64,000 nt of DNA from positions 15,718-79,717 of the IMG/VR virus record IMGVR_UViG_3300031787_000063; one strand, 5' to 3'. This stretch comes from a virus. Positions 47,827 through 58,823 of the stretch are shown in pieces. Numbering within the stretch: the stretch's first letter is position 1; each line of letters opens with the position of its first letter. Below the pieces are notes generated by a model that had not been told where the DNA came from, made no database searches, and saw only the letters and a program-made list of their open reading frames with translations. A program made the translations under genes and the position numbers.

Positions 47827-48944
47827 ATGATTACAGTTTTTGTCAAGTTTAATAAACACTATGGGGTAGAGCGTATCTATCCTGATTGCCCGATTACGGA
47901 AATCTTTGCCGATATTGCCAAAACGAAAACTTTGAGCGAGAATGATTTAGTGAACATTGAGAAGCTCGGTTATAAAATCGAAGTCCGTCCCACTGTTTAC
48001 TATAAGTCCCCATGCGGTAGAGTTACTATTAACTTAGGAGAATAGTATGTTTAAAGTAGGTGCAGTATATCCCGATGGCAGTAAAGAAATAACTTACATC
48101 TCTAGTAGGTCTTTAGGTTGGATTCTTGCCATCATCAAGTCAAACAATAGAGAAGGCATCAGAACGCTTGTTCTAATAAAGGAGTAATATGAAATGTAAA
48201 GTGTATTGCTATGCAACATGGTCAGAATACTCAAGACTATTGTTCAAGTATAGAGGCATTAGAATCAGAGTACATAACTCAGGAGATATTAAATGAGAGT
48301 CTATGTGTATAGGAACATTCACCGAGGCGGTTACTCGGTTAAACATAGGGGCAAAGTGATTGCTCATGTTGAGTCAATCAGTCTTACTAATGTAAGATTT
48401 CTAGTAGGTCAGGCAGGTAATGCCAAAGTCCGACGAGAGAAGTCTAAGAATGTCCATGCAGGATGCTCAGGTATCTGGGTAGGTGATGTAAGTTTACTAG
48501 GTCAGTCAACTAAAGTGACATACAATCCTTACAAGTGGACTAGCTTTGTCAGGAAAGATGATGAGTCTAGTATTAAGTCGGCAAAGATTGCCGTAATTGA
48601 CGCATCTGGTATTGTTGCGATAGAATAATTATAGGAGTGAAGATATGCACCGAAAAGAATTTATATGTAGTACAGGTAGATATACTGCGGAGTACAAGTC
48701 AACCTATCGCTTAAGTTATAGGTATGAAATGCCTGACCGAGTGATTTACTTTACTCAAGAGGCGGTAGAAAATGCCCACCTTGATAACTACCTAGGTCAT
48801 GTAGTAGAATCATCTGGAGATTGGAAATGTGCAGGTTCTATCTCACATGATAAAAAACAATTACTTAGGGCAACAATTGCCTGTGGTACGCTTGAAAAAT
48901 GTAATACTGAAATGGTATTTGAATATGAAGTAGACTATGAATAG
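47827..48944 (+). other. Early small-ORF cluster (47827, 48293, 48645 and shorter ORFs)
   Basis: Strong AGGAG RBS before each; 48293 has VYRN-x-H...KNVHA...YNPYK pattern of a common phage hypothetical. Confidence 0.65.
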
Positions 48945-48952
48945 GAGGCAAC

Positions 48953-49531
48953 ATGGAATTATTGACGCAGAATGGTAAACTTAAGAAGACAAGTAAAGAA
49001 ACTGGACTCCGAGTATTTAACTTTGGTATCCCTGCTCAATCGACTTGCTTGTGGGCAGATAAATGTAAGAAGTATTGCTATGCATCTAAGGGTGCGTATA
49101 TCTGGTCAAACGTCAAGCCCGCTTTTGAGCGTAGACTTGAGGCAACTAAACAAGATAACTTTCCTCAGGTAATGATTGCCGAGATTGTCAAACGCAAAGC
49201 TGATGTTATCCGTATACATGATAGCGGAGATTTTTACTCAAGAGAATACCTTCACAAGTGGTTCAAGGTAATGGAGTCTTTACCTCAAGTAAAGTTCTAT
49301 GCCTACTCAAAAAGTCTACCATTACTTGATGGTGTAAAGTTACCTGCCAATTTCACTCTGATTAAATCTGAGGGCGGTAAACGTGATGATCTTATCAATC
49401 CTGACTCGGATCGTCATGCTCGTATCTTTAAAACCGAGGCGGAATTAATTGCCTCAGGCTATGCAAACGCATCAAACAATGATCTAATAGCAATAGGCAA
49501 CAATCCTAAGATTGGATTACTTGCCCACTAA
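48953..49531 (+). CDS. Gp88-like protein
   Basis: NGKL, C-x5-C-x3-CYA, RIHDSGDF, YAYSK. Confidence 0.7.
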   Translation: MELLTQNGKLKKTSKETGLRVFNFGIPAQSTCLWADKCKKYCYASKGAYIWSNVKPAFERRLEATKQDNFPQVMIAEIVKRKADVIRIHDSGDFYSREYLHKWFKVMESLPQVKFYAYSKSLPLLDGVKLPANFTLIKSEGGKRDDLINPDSDRHARIFKTEAELIASGYANASNNDLIAIGNNPKIGLLAH

Positions 49532-49545
49532 CAATAGGAGACAAC

Positions 49546-49809
49546 ATGAAAACTGAAGTAAAACAATTGAGAGAACTAGTCGGAAATAAAATCTTTTCGG
49601 TGGAGTTCGTGAAGAAAGATGGAAGCCTGAGAAAAATGGTATGCCGATTGGGTGTGAAGAAACATCTTAAAGGTGGAGAACTAGGGTATGATGCGGAGGC
49701 ATTGAATTACCTGACTGTTTTCGATCTACAATCTGAGGAGTATCGTACTATTAACGTCAACACTTTGAAGTCTATTACTTTTGAAGGTGTGACCTACGAA
49801 ATAGAATAA
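49546..49809 (+). CDS. WYL_2/Sm-like SH3 barrel protein
   Basis: FSVEFVKKDGSLRKM...VFDL...YRTIN. Confidence 0.7.
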   Translation: MKTEVKQLRELVGNKIFSVEFVKKDGSLRKMVCRLGVKKHLKGGELGYDAEALNYLTVFDLQSEEYRTINVNTLKSITFEGVTYEIE

Positions 49810-49818
49810 TTTGCCTAC

Positions 49819-49847
49819 TTCACAATGACTTAAACTTGATCTATAAT
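49819..49847 (+). promoter_or_regulatory. Sigma70-like promoter
   Basis: TTCACA-N17-TATAAT preceded by a TTGCCTA half-site. Confidence 0.7.
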
Positions 49848-49888
49848 TTAATTAACCGAAGCATGATGCTTCAAACAAAGGACTAAAC

Positions 49889-50635
49889 ATGACAACAGAA
49901 ATTGCAACACTTGATCAGAAATTCCACACTCTAACAGACAAGTATAAACTTGCTAAGACTAGTGAGATGGTTAAGACTATCGAAGGACTCGGATATAAGA
50001 TGGAAAAGTTTGTGGCTCTCAAGGTTCGTAAGAAAGAACGCCAAGGTTTTCAAAAGCATAGAGTTATCTTCACTTCACCGAACCTCAAGGCAACTGCTGA
50101 TGGTATCCCTCAATTACTTCTTACCAACTCGCATGATGGTACTAGTTCAGTCATCCTTCAGCTAGGCTTCTTCCGATTCATTTGCTCAAATGGTCTGGTG
50201 GTTGGTAACAATATCATTGAACCAGTACGAGTACGTCACTCAGGTAATGACTTCGATCAACGTCTGATCGTAGCGATCAACCATATCGTTGCTCAGGCTA
50301 GTAAACTTACCGAGTCTATTGACAAAATGAAATCAACTGTACTTACTCAAGCGGAAATTATTGCCTTCCAACGTGAGGCTTTACAAAATCGACTTGGTAA
50401 TGATAGTATCATTCACTCCTTCTCAATGCCAGTATACCGAGAGGAAGATAAGTCCACTGATTTGTTCACTGTGATGAATGTAGTACAAGAGAACTTAATT
50501 CGAGGCGGTGCAAGAGTATTGGTTGAGCAAGATGGTAAGCGTAAAGATAAAGCGGTTCGTAAAGTAAACAGCTTGATTGCTCAAACAGAAATTAATACAA
50601 TGCTTTGGGACTTGGCTCAACAGAAAGTAGCTTAG
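49889..50635 (+). CDS. DUF932-family protein
   Basis: LLTNSHDGTSS, GFFRFICSNG, RH-x-G, NVVQENL. Confidence 0.85.
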   Translation: MTTEIATLDQKFHTLTDKYKLAKTSEMVKTIEGLGYKMEKFVALKVRKKERQGFQKHRVIFTSPNLKATADGIPQLLLTNSHDGTSSVILQLGFFRFICSNGLVVGNNIIEPVRVRHSGNDFDQRLIVAINHIVAQASKLTESIDKMKSTVLTQAEIIAFQREALQNRLGNDSIIHSFSMPVYREEDKSTDLFTVMNVVQENLIRGGARVLVEQDGKRKDKAVRKVNSLIAQTEINTMLWDLAQQKVA

Positions 50636-50647
50636 TAAAAATAGTGT

Positions 50648-50724
50648 GGGGTTGTAGTTCAATTGGTCAGAGCGTCCGGCTCATAACCGGAGGGTTGCAG
50701 GTTCAAGTCCTGCCAGCCCCACCA
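50648..50724 (+). tRNA. tRNA with CAT anticodon (Ile2 or elongator Met)
   Basis: Acceptor GGGGTTG/CAGCCCC, TCCGG-ctCATaa-CCGGA, GCAGG-TTCAAGT-CCTGC, encoded CCA; lacks initiator features. Confidence 0.93.
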
Positions 50725-51342
50725 TTAACAAAAGGAATTGTATGAAGTTTAGATTAATGAATGGCGGTCTTAGTGTTGATAGCGATAAGCAAGCTATCGA
50801 GAATCTAATAAACAGAATAAACACAATCACTCAAGCAATTGAATTATTCAATCAGTCTGATTGGAAACTTGAGGAGGTTGCTATGTGGTTACAGTATGAG
50901 AAGGACTTGGCATTGGTTGAATCTAAACTATTGCAAGGGGAGAATCAACAATGACAGAGGAAGAATTGATAGAACTTGAGAAAAGAATTATCTTTATCAT
51001 ATCTTATTACGGATTAAGTTATGAGGAGGCTGATAAAATTAAACAAGTTTTAGATAAGAAATTAATTCAAATTAAGGATAGGAAAGTATGACCCCAGAAC
51101 TTTGACGCATTATGTCAAGGAAATTATTTCCTAGTGGACAGACGATAATAATTAGATTACAATAGAGGAGTTTATGACACTAGACAGAGCATTAAAAAAA
51201 ATGAAAAAAGGATTTAAGATTCAAGCAGGATGGTACTTGAGACATGATTATCTTTACATTGAAAATAATAAGATACTATGCGATGGTGGTTTTGAATATA
51301 AACTTTCTTTGAGAGAACTAAAAACTAAAACATGGAGGATTT

Positions 51343-53208
51343 ATGATTATAAATAATAACGCAGTTAAGATTGATTCAAACGTAGAGCCGAGTAAAGCTC
51401 TCAACTTTGGTATCTCTGATGTTCGCCTAGTGGTTGACATCTTGAGTAAGCTATATGCTTACCCTATTCGTACTCTGGTACAAGAGTATATCTGTAATGG
51501 TCGTGATGCTATGCGAGAGGCAGGTACTTGGGGCAAGTTACCTATCGAGATTACAGTACCTAATTCACTTGACCCCGTATTCAAAGTGCGTGACTATGGT
51601 GTTGGTATTTCGCCTGATCGAATGGCAAACATCTTTGTCAACTATGGTAGTTCTACTAAGCGTAACACTAACACTCAGACAGGAGGCTTTGGTATCGGTG
51701 CTAAGTCTGCCTTCTCTTACACTGATAGCTTTACAGTGACTTCATTCTACAATGGTGTACGTTACTTGTATGTTGCTCATCTTGGGGATGAGGGAGGTGT
51801 TAATCTTATCTCTCAGAATAATACAACTCAGCCGAATGGTGTTGAGATTAGTATTGGTGTTAAGCCTAAAGATATTGCAGAGTTCAGAGAGGCAGTTCAG
51901 AGATGTGTTAAATTCTGGGCAGAGCCTATTAAATTTTTCGGAAGTAAAGATATCTTCCAACTTAAACCGACTTTGACGCTCGGCAATATGACAGTGTATG
52001 ACGAGGCTTACCCTGCCCGTACAATCTTTTTGATTGATGGTATTGAGTACGAACTTATGACAGAACAACATCACTATTATTATGAACGTGAGAAAGATCA
52101 TTTACATAATAATGCTAGTACAGTAACTATCAATGTACCTAATGGTCATTTCAAGATTGCTTCATCAAGAGAACGTCTTGAGAATAACGATGACAATAAA
52201 GCCAAGCAAACTAAACTGCTGGAAGATTGCCGTAGGGAGATTGAAACTGTAATCGCTAACAAGATTAATCATCTTGGTCTTCCTCTTAAACTTAGAATTG
52301 AAAACAAACAATCCTTTTCAGGATTGAAACAAGTGGCTCGTATTGAAATTGAACTTGGCAAAGGATTTAAACTTAATAAAGATTATGTATATTGCCCTAC
52401 TGATAAGCCAACTCGATATGCTAGACGAGGACGTAGAGGTTCTACTCACTTTGAAATAAATCGTACTAATAGTCTCGATACTTCTGTAATGGTATACAGC
52501 AGTACCGACAATGGTAATAACTTGGCTCGTAAACTTAACTTCTATCTTGAATCAAATAAAGATAAAGTATTAATTCATGAGCATGATGTTTCAGACATTC
52601 CATTCCAAGATATTCTTTTTACTAATCGAATGGATGCAGACGCTTTGCCAATGCCTCCTAAGAAGTCTGCTCAACGTACACAAAAGAGTACAAGAGATGC
52701 TATCTGTTGGTCGATTAGTTCTGATGGTACTCGTTCTCAATGGACTGTTGAGAAACTAAACAAGTCACAAGATCCTATAGTGTATTTTGCAGAAGATACT
52801 TTGACAGATGAAATTAAAAAGATTGCAGAGTTCATTCAAGTAATTACAGTTCCTAAGTGTAACAAAGACTTAGTGCTTAAGAAAGGCATGACGCTTGAAC
52901 AGGGTAAAAAATACCTGCTATCCAAGAATAAGAATGATGTGTTAGGATTTCGTAACTTACCTCATAACTGGAATAGGGTAAATGTTCTTAAGAAATTTAA
53001 AAACACAAACATCAATAATAACTTAAGGAATTATCTGGTGTCTAATTTCCCAGACTTGAGCAAAGAGTTTAATACTATGAATAATGAATACGAACAATTA
53101 CAAAAGAAATACCCTTTGATTAAAGTGCTTTGTGGATTGGCTCACTATCAACGTGACCATATAGATATTTTAATTGAAGAAATTAACAAGCAATCGAAGG
53201 AGAAATAA
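51343..53208 (+). CDS. rIIA: rIIA-like protein (GHKL ATPase N-terminus)
   Basis: LY-x7-QEYICNGRDA, VRDYGVG, YGSSTK, GGFGIGAKS; upstream of rIIB. Confidence 0.85.
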   Translation: MIINNNAVKIDSNVEPSKALNFGISDVRLVVDILSKLYAYPIRTLVQEYICNGRDAMREAGTWGKLPIEITVPNSLDPVFKVRDYGVGISPDRMANIFVNYGSSTKRNTNTQTGGFGIGAKSAFSYTDSFTVTSFYNGVRYLYVAHLGDEGGVNLISQNNTTQPNGVEISIGVKPKDIAEFREAVQRCVKFWAEPIKFFGSKDIFQLKPTLTLGNMTVYDEAYPARTIFLIDGIEYELMTEQHHYYYEREKDHLHNNASTVTINVPNGHFKIASSRERLENNDDNKAKQTKLLEDCRREIETVIANKINHLGLPLKLRIENKQSFSGLKQVARIEIELGKGFKLNKDYVYCPTDKPTRYARRGRRGSTHFEINRTNSLDTSVMVYSSTDNGNNLARKLNFYLESNKDKVLIHEHDVSDIPFQDILFTNRMDADALPMPPKKSAQRTQKSTRDAICWSISSDGTRSQWTVEKLNKSQDPIVYFAEDTLTDEIKKIAEFIQVITVPKCNKDLVLKKGMTLEQGKKYLLSKNKNDVLGFRNLPHNWNRVNVLKKFKNTNINNNLRNYLVSNFPDLSKEFNTMNNEYEQLQKKYPLIKVLCGLAHYQRDHIDILIEEINKQSKEK

Positions 53209-53362
53209 TGGATAATATACTTATCGAATTAGGCTCTGTCATCGAGGAACTTAGAGTGAAGCAATCGAATAGTGGTTGCCAACAAGAAGAAGAAAATTAC
53301 GAAAAACTAATAACTGTTTTAAATAAAGTGTACGATGAACTTGTATACACTAGGAGTTTATA

Positions 53363-54208
53363 ATGAACTATATTATTTTACCACAAAGTCTGATACTTAA
53401 CCACGAAGGTACAACAACTACAATTAACAAAGCTGATGGACGCTATGATAAAGTTCTTCAGAAAATTAAGGAAGGTAAACTTGACGAGATTATTCCTCTG
53501 TTGTCTGTTGCTGATTCTCTTAGTAAGCGAGGTTTCCAAATTGTTGACGGAGTAGTTCACGTTGATGGTGATGCTCTGCCCGAATCATTGTCGACTAGAG
53601 TGCTTGACTTCTTTAATAACAATCTTCCGTTTGAACCTCTGTTAAAGTTCTGGGCTAAGTTAAAGACTAACCCTAGCTTCAACAGTAGACAGATGCTCTA
53701 CAAATTCCTTGAGCATAATGGTCATCCTATTACAACCGAAGGTAACTTTATTGCTTATCGTGCAGTTCGTAATGACTTCCTTGATAAACACACTGGAAAG
53801 ATTGATAACTCAGTAGGTAATGTTGTGGCTATTGATCGTAATAAGGTTGATGATAACCCGAACAACACTTGCTCTCATGGTCTTCATGTAGCTACACTAT
53901 CTTACGCTCAGAGCTTTGCATCAGGTGATGACAAGCTATTAGATGTTGAAGTTGATCCTTCTGATGTTGTTGCCGTTCCTACAGATTACAATGGTACTAA
54001 AATGCGAGTGTGTAAGTTCAAGGTTGTTGCTGAGTCTCAGGGACTCATTGATAAACCTCTAGTAACTTCTTCTTATCACATTCCGTATGACCCTGATTGC
54101 GATGACGGAGAGTATGATGACGAAGATGATACCAGTGGAGTATGTCCTTCTTGTGGGCAAGAAGATCAATGGGATAGATTTTGTTCTAACTGTGGGGAAG
54201 AATTATGA
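53363..54208 (+). CDS. rIIB: rIIB-like protein
   Basis: NPS, LYKFL, PIT-x-EG-x-FIAY, VDDNP-x3-CSHGLH, VVAVP-x-DY-x3-KMRVC. Confidence 0.88.
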   Translation: MNYIILPQSLILNHEGTTTTINKADGRYDKVLQKIKEGKLDEIIPLLSVADSLSKRGFQIVDGVVHVDGDALPESLSTRVLDFFNNNLPFEPLLKFWAKLKTNPSFNSRQMLYKFLEHNGHPITTEGNFIAYRAVRNDFLDKHTGKIDNSVGNVVAIDRNKVDDNPNNTCSHGLHVATLSYAQSFASGDDKLLDVEVDPSDVVAVPTDYNGTKMRVCKFKVVAESQGLIDKPLVTSSYHIPYDPDCDDGEYDDEDDTSGVCPSCGQEDQWDRFCSNCGEEL

Positions 54209-54643
54209 TTACAGTTTACTTGACGTTCAAAAAAAGAATATCTGAGTATTCTTTTCAAACATTAACAGAAGCTCTTGTGTTTGCTAGAACTAAAGACATA
54301 GGTACTAGCTTTCAAATAAGAGAAGGTAAAACACTTCTAGCCAAAGGCAAGATAGAAGATTTAAAGGATTGGTACAAATGAAAACAAGTAATGATATAAT
54401 GTATGATATACCCCTGACTGATCCTAAGTTGGAGAAGGGTAAGTTTGTTGCAACTATTAGATATCAGATACCTAGCAGGATTGTGCTACATGGTAGAAGA
54501 AAAACAAGCCCGAAGTTTGATACAATGTACGGACTTATTTATTGGTTGAATAAACAACCCTACCACATGGAGTATGCTATCTTTAGAATCGACAAGGATA
54601 TTATGATAAGACATGGATTTAAAAAATTAGGAGAGGATATAGT

Positions 54644-54877
54644 ATGACAAAGAAATTTATAATCACATATTATAAGAATAGAAAATTATATTCGCATGAC
54701 GCTTCGAGGTATGTTAATCTAAGTGAGTGTAAGGAACTCATGGACGCAGGATATATTGTGCAATTTGTAGCTCACAAGACAGGAGAAGATGTAACGGAAC
54801 AATGCCTTAAAGAAATGCTATGTAAGTTTTCAATTAAAACAGAGACATTAATTAAACTAATCAGGAGAGCAGAATGA
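54644..54877 (+). CDS. Stand-alone PhaR-type (PHB accumulation regulator) DNA-binding domain
   Basis: YKNRKLYSHDASRYVNL...KTGEDVT matches NRxLYD-x3-S-x-YV-x-L...TGED-x-T. Confidence 0.8.
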   Translation: MTKKFIITYYKNRKLYSHDASRYVNLSECKELMDAGYIVQFVAHKTGEDVTEQCLKEMLCKFSIKTETLIKLIRRAE

Positions 54878-55114
54878 ATCCACAAAAGAAACTACTTCAA
54901 CTTGACTTGGCAAAAGATATTTTACTGGCAGAGATTACTGGAATTAGAGCCTCTGGACAAGTCGCAGGTACGGAGATTCTAGATTATGCAACTATGTATG
55001 AAAACATCTACAGAGAAGTAGAAGCTGTTACTGATTTTATGGAAGAAGAAGCTACTAAAAATATGGCGGATTGGCAAGTACAACAAAGTGGATTGGCTAA
55101 CCCAGAGGTAGCTA

Positions 55115-55453
55115 ATGAAGAAAAATAAAGCAGAGAAACTTGTAAGACAGCAACTTACGCAGGCTGGATTTTCTTTGGATAAACAAAGAGATGAGAGACA
55201 TAATGGGATTGATATCGTTGCTATGAAAGATGGCAAAGTATTGCTCATAGAAGTTAAGAAAGCCAAACGTCATAACAGAGCTTGGCAGGTTGATCCTGTA
55301 TCTGAGAAACAAAAAACAACGTGCAATACTATAGCTATTGTATTACCAGATGATACAGTATTATATGAGCCAATGTCTCAGCATATAAAGCTATGTGCGA
55401 AGAATGGGATGAGGTATCTTACCGAGATGGTCAATCTGTGTATGGTACTTTAA
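55115..55453 (+). CDS. Small PD-(D/E)XK nuclease (resolvase-like)
   Basis: AE-x6-L-x3-GF, GIDIVA, LIEVK. Confidence 0.7.
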   Translation: MKKNKAEKLVRQQLTQAGFSLDKQRDERHNGIDIVAMKDGKVLLIEVKKAKRHNRAWQVDPVSEKQKTTCNTIAIVLPDDTVLYEPMSQHIKLCAKNGMRYLTEMVNLCMVL

Positions 55454-56607
55454 TGGGCTGAACTTTGGGCTTTAACAAAAGGGGCAAAATGTTTTCATTT
55501 ATTATTGCTATGTTCCAAATCTCTTTAATTTTGGGCATATTATTTTTAGGGTTTGTTATTGCAGTAAATTGCTTTAGCTTAGTTATTGTTTTAATAGGTA
55601 AAACTATTGGCATTACTTTGATATTAATAGTCAGAACAATCGAGGGGTTATATGGTTTCGGTAAAATTTTATGCGGAAGATAAGAATACTAAACACAGAA
55701 CTTCATCAACTGTGGTTTTTTTTAATGAACTAGACGAGGCGGTGCTTAGCTTAATTGAATTGAATCGTAACAAAATTTTAAATGCTATGCCAGATTGTCG
55801 AGTAATTACAGTTATTGCAGATGAGGGAGATCAAAATGATCAGCTTTTTGTATAACGTATTAGATTGGGATTTAAAAAAATCTTTGATAGTAGGTGGATT
55901 ATTTGATATAATTTTTGTAGTATTATTAGTATGGAGCGTATCATGAAAAAAGTTACAAGAACAGTTTACATGACTAAAGATGCTATCAATTTAATTGATA
56001 AAGACATCAACGCCACTGATAAGTATTCTATCTTTTCTAATAAAGAAGAAGGTACTATCGAGGTTGATATTACTTTGAGTGTTCAAGAAGAATTTAGAGT
56101 GACAGAAGATGTCCTATTAGATATCGTTGCAGGGCTTACTCCTTCTCTATCTGAAAAAGAACACGAAGAAAAACTTAACAAAATTCTAGTGCATCTTAGG
56201 TCAATAGGGGCTGAGATTTGATTTATGTTTGATAGCTATGATAACACTGAAAAAACTTATGAGATTATTTATTCAGATAAAACCACTGTTGAGTTAACTA
56301 CTCAAGAGCTTTACGAATTTTTTATTTTCACCGATACTAATATCGGAGGTGACTTTTCAGATTTAAAAAAAAGACTTGACTCTGGATATGCTGTAATGGG
56401 AGATCACATGGAATGGGATTGGGGTCTTGGCTGTAATAACTACAAAGGTAGAATTACAATAACGAGGATAACTCCTCCTAAAATTCCAAAAGCTACACTA
56501 CAACCCTTTCAAAGTGGAGCGTGTGATCACAAGGGAAAGTATATTAACCAAGCAGGAGGGGTGCGTTTTTGGGTGTGTCCTAAATGTAAAAAAGATCTAG
56601 GAGATGC

Positions 56608-57456
56608 ATGATTAGATTATCCCATTCTGCTAAAGAAAAATATGAACAATGTCCTTATAAATACTATTTACATTATGTAATGAAGTATCGTTCTTCATTA
56701 CAAAGTTCTGCTTTATGTTTTGGTAACGCTTTAGATATAGCACTCAATACTATGCTTGAAGGCGGTAGTAACTATCACGAAGTATTTGATTACGAATGGA
56801 ATAAATACGAGGAAATTTGTGATAGCATTGAGTTTTACAAATCCGATTTAGACAAATCCTTGCTAACTGAATCGGAGCTACAGCTATCAGAACATAAGCA
56901 GAACTTCCTTTCTTTATCCAGAAAAGGCAGAAAACTTCTAGATGCGTACAAGGAAAACATTATGCCTCGTATAAAAGAAGTGATATCAATTCAAGGTGAA
57001 GTAACTATTTGTGGGTATGACGATCAAAACAACCAAACAGAAGACAGCATTTATGGGAAGTTGGATTTGATTGCTCTTATTGAAGATGACGATGGAAAGA
57101 TAAGACACGCTCTACTTGATAACAAAACCACTAGCGAACCTTATCCTAAAGATGCCGTACAAAAGAAAGATCAGCTTGCTTTGTATGCGGCAGGATTTTC
57201 TGATATAGAATGGTTTGGTTATCTAACTCTAAACAAAAAGAATTTCAAGACTCAAATTATACTTGATAAGATTGGAGAGGATAAGAAACAAGAAGTACTT
57301 GGAAAATTTGTAGATACTCTTAATAAAATAAAAGATAATCAATTTGAGAAGAACACAAAATCATGTTATGCTTTCGGTAGAAGATGTGAGTTTTGGACAC
57401 ATTGCCACAAAGGTTTTTTTAGCAAGGACATTTACCAAGAAACAAAGGAGAAGTAA
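56608..57456 (+). CDS. RecB/Cas4-like PD-(D/E)XK exonuclease
   Basis: LSHS...CP, G-x-LDL, LDNKT, QLALYA, C-terminal C-x6-C-x5-C. Confidence 0.85.
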   Translation: MIRLSHSAKEKYEQCPYKYYLHYVMKYRSSLQSSALCFGNALDIALNTMLEGGSNYHEVFDYEWNKYEEICDSIEFYKSDLDKSLLTESELQLSEHKQNFLSLSRKGRKLLDAYKENIMPRIKEVISIQGEVTICGYDDQNNQTEDSIYGKLDLIALIEDDDGKIRHALLDNKTTSEPYPKDAVQKKDQLALYAAGFSDIEWFGYLTLNKKNFKTQIILDKIGEDKKQEVLGKFVDTLNKIKDNQFEKNTKSCYAFGRRCEFWTHCHKGFFSKDIYQETKEK

Positions 57457-57857
57457 TGTCTATTTATATTATGACGGTTGGAGACTTAGCAAAGAAAAGA
57501 GGAGAGCCAGTTGGAGAATTTGTAAAGAAGGTTCAGTCACTTGGCTTTGATGCAGGATCTCATGCCAAGAGACTCACTCAAGAAGATTTAAATTCTCTTA
57601 TTCCACTACTAGAAGGAACATCTGGAGTTGAAATTAAAACGCAAGAAAGTAAAGAGTTAACTCCAACAATGCAAAATCCTAATGTGCTACTTATTAACTT
57701 GCCAAATGGAAAGAAAAGTGTAGCACTAGTAGATGCCACTATTAACGATCTTGGAAAGATTGATGTGAGAATTATTAGTCATAGTACAGAAGATTCTTTA
57801 GGAGAGGCATTGCTAGAATTTAGAAAACAAATGGGTATCCACATGGGGGTAAATTAA
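57456..57857 (+). CDS. Protein with IF2 N-terminal-like helical domain
   Basis: MTVGDLAK...EFVKKVQSLG...SH-x3-L-x2-ED resembles the IF2_N pattern. Confidence 0.55.
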   Translation: MSIYIMTVGDLAKKRGEPVGEFVKKVQSLGFDAGSHAKRLTQEDLNSLIPLLEGTSGVEIKTQESKELTPTMQNPNVLLINLPNGKKSVALVDATINDLGKIDVRIISHSTEDSLGEALLEFRKQMGIHMGVN

Positions 57858-57858
57858 C

Positions 57859-58476
57859 ATGAGCAAAAATCTTTACCAAAAGATGGCTTCAATTATGAAA
57901 GAAGTCGAAACAGTTTTCAAAGGTGCTAACATCAGTATGGGCAATGGCAGATCATACTCGGCAGTTAACCATGATGATGTTGCTAGGCTTCTACACAAGC
58001 CACTAGCCGATCAAGGAATCATTACAAAAGTATCTGTGGAGAAAGTAGAAATATCCTCAAGAGAGAAGGTTAATAAATATGGAGATGCTTCTCTAGAATA
58101 TCGAGCTGATGTGTGGGTTGAAGTAACTTTCATTAATGCAGATAACCCAGAGGAGCGTGAAGTGTGTAAGAGCTTCGCCTATGCTTTCGACTCCGGAGAC
58201 AAAGCAGTTGGTAAAGCTGAAAGTATGGCAGTGAAGTATGTATTCCTCAAGAACTTTGTACTCGAATCCACTGATAACGAAGAATCTAGGGATCATGAGA
58301 ACACTTTCAAAGCTCCTCCAAAAAAGAGTATTGTAGAAGAAGTGCAAGCAAAAGCCGCTAAACCTGCTTCAGTTCCTCCTTCTGCTCCTGTAAAGAAAAC
58401 CGTAACTTTTGGCAAACCTAAACCAGTAGTTGCTCCAGTAGATAGTGGAGTGGACGCTAATGACATTGACCTATAA
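57859..58476 (+). CDS. ERF-family single-strand annealing protein
   Basis: NLYQK, Y-x4-D, FINADNPEE, DSGDKAVGKA-x-S-x-A-x-KY. Confidence 0.85.
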   Translation: MSKNLYQKMASIMKEVETVFKGANISMGNGRSYSAVNHDDVARLLHKPLADQGIITKVSVEKVEISSREKVNKYGDASLEYRADVWVEVTFINADNPEEREVCKSFAYAFDSGDKAVGKAESMAVKYVFLKNFVLESTDNEESRDHENTFKAPPKKSIVEEVQAKAAKPASVPPSAPVKKTVTFGKPKPVVAPVDSGVDANDIDL

Positions 58477-58485
58477 GGAGATTAT

Positions 58486-58782
58486 ATGAGCGATAAGAAA
58501 AACAAACCATCAGTACTTCGTCGAGACTTCGGAGAGTTCCTTGAAGCTCCAAAGAAAGATCCAAAAGAAAAGACTCGTTACTACATTAAAGTAACAGCTA
58601 AGAAAGAAGTTTTGGATTTGATTAAAGAAAATACTATACTAGAACTCGAAGCACCTGACGAGAAGTATAAACGTATGATTGCATCTGGAAAGTTAACTGA
58701 TGAACAAGTTGAGAGTGCTACAAAAAGTATTGAGAAAATTCCAAAGTTTTTTGTTAAGCGAGTAATTGCTAAGATTAAATAA
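58486..58782 (+). CDS. Hypothetical protein
   Basis: 98 aa, AAGGAG RBS. Confidence 0.6.
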   Translation: MSDKKNKPSVLRRDFGEFLEAPKKDPKEKTRYYIKVTAKKEVLDLIKENTILELEAPDEKYKRMIASGKLTDEQVESATKSIEKIPKFFVKRVIAKIK

Positions 58783-58786
58783 TAAT

Positions 58787-58808
58787 AAGGCAGGGAAACC
58801 TGCCTTTT
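58787..58808 (+). terminator. Intrinsic terminator
   Basis: AAGGCAGG-gaaa-CCTGCCTT followed by T-run. Confidence 0.8.
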
Positions 58809-58823
58809 CTGTGTGGAGGTTTC

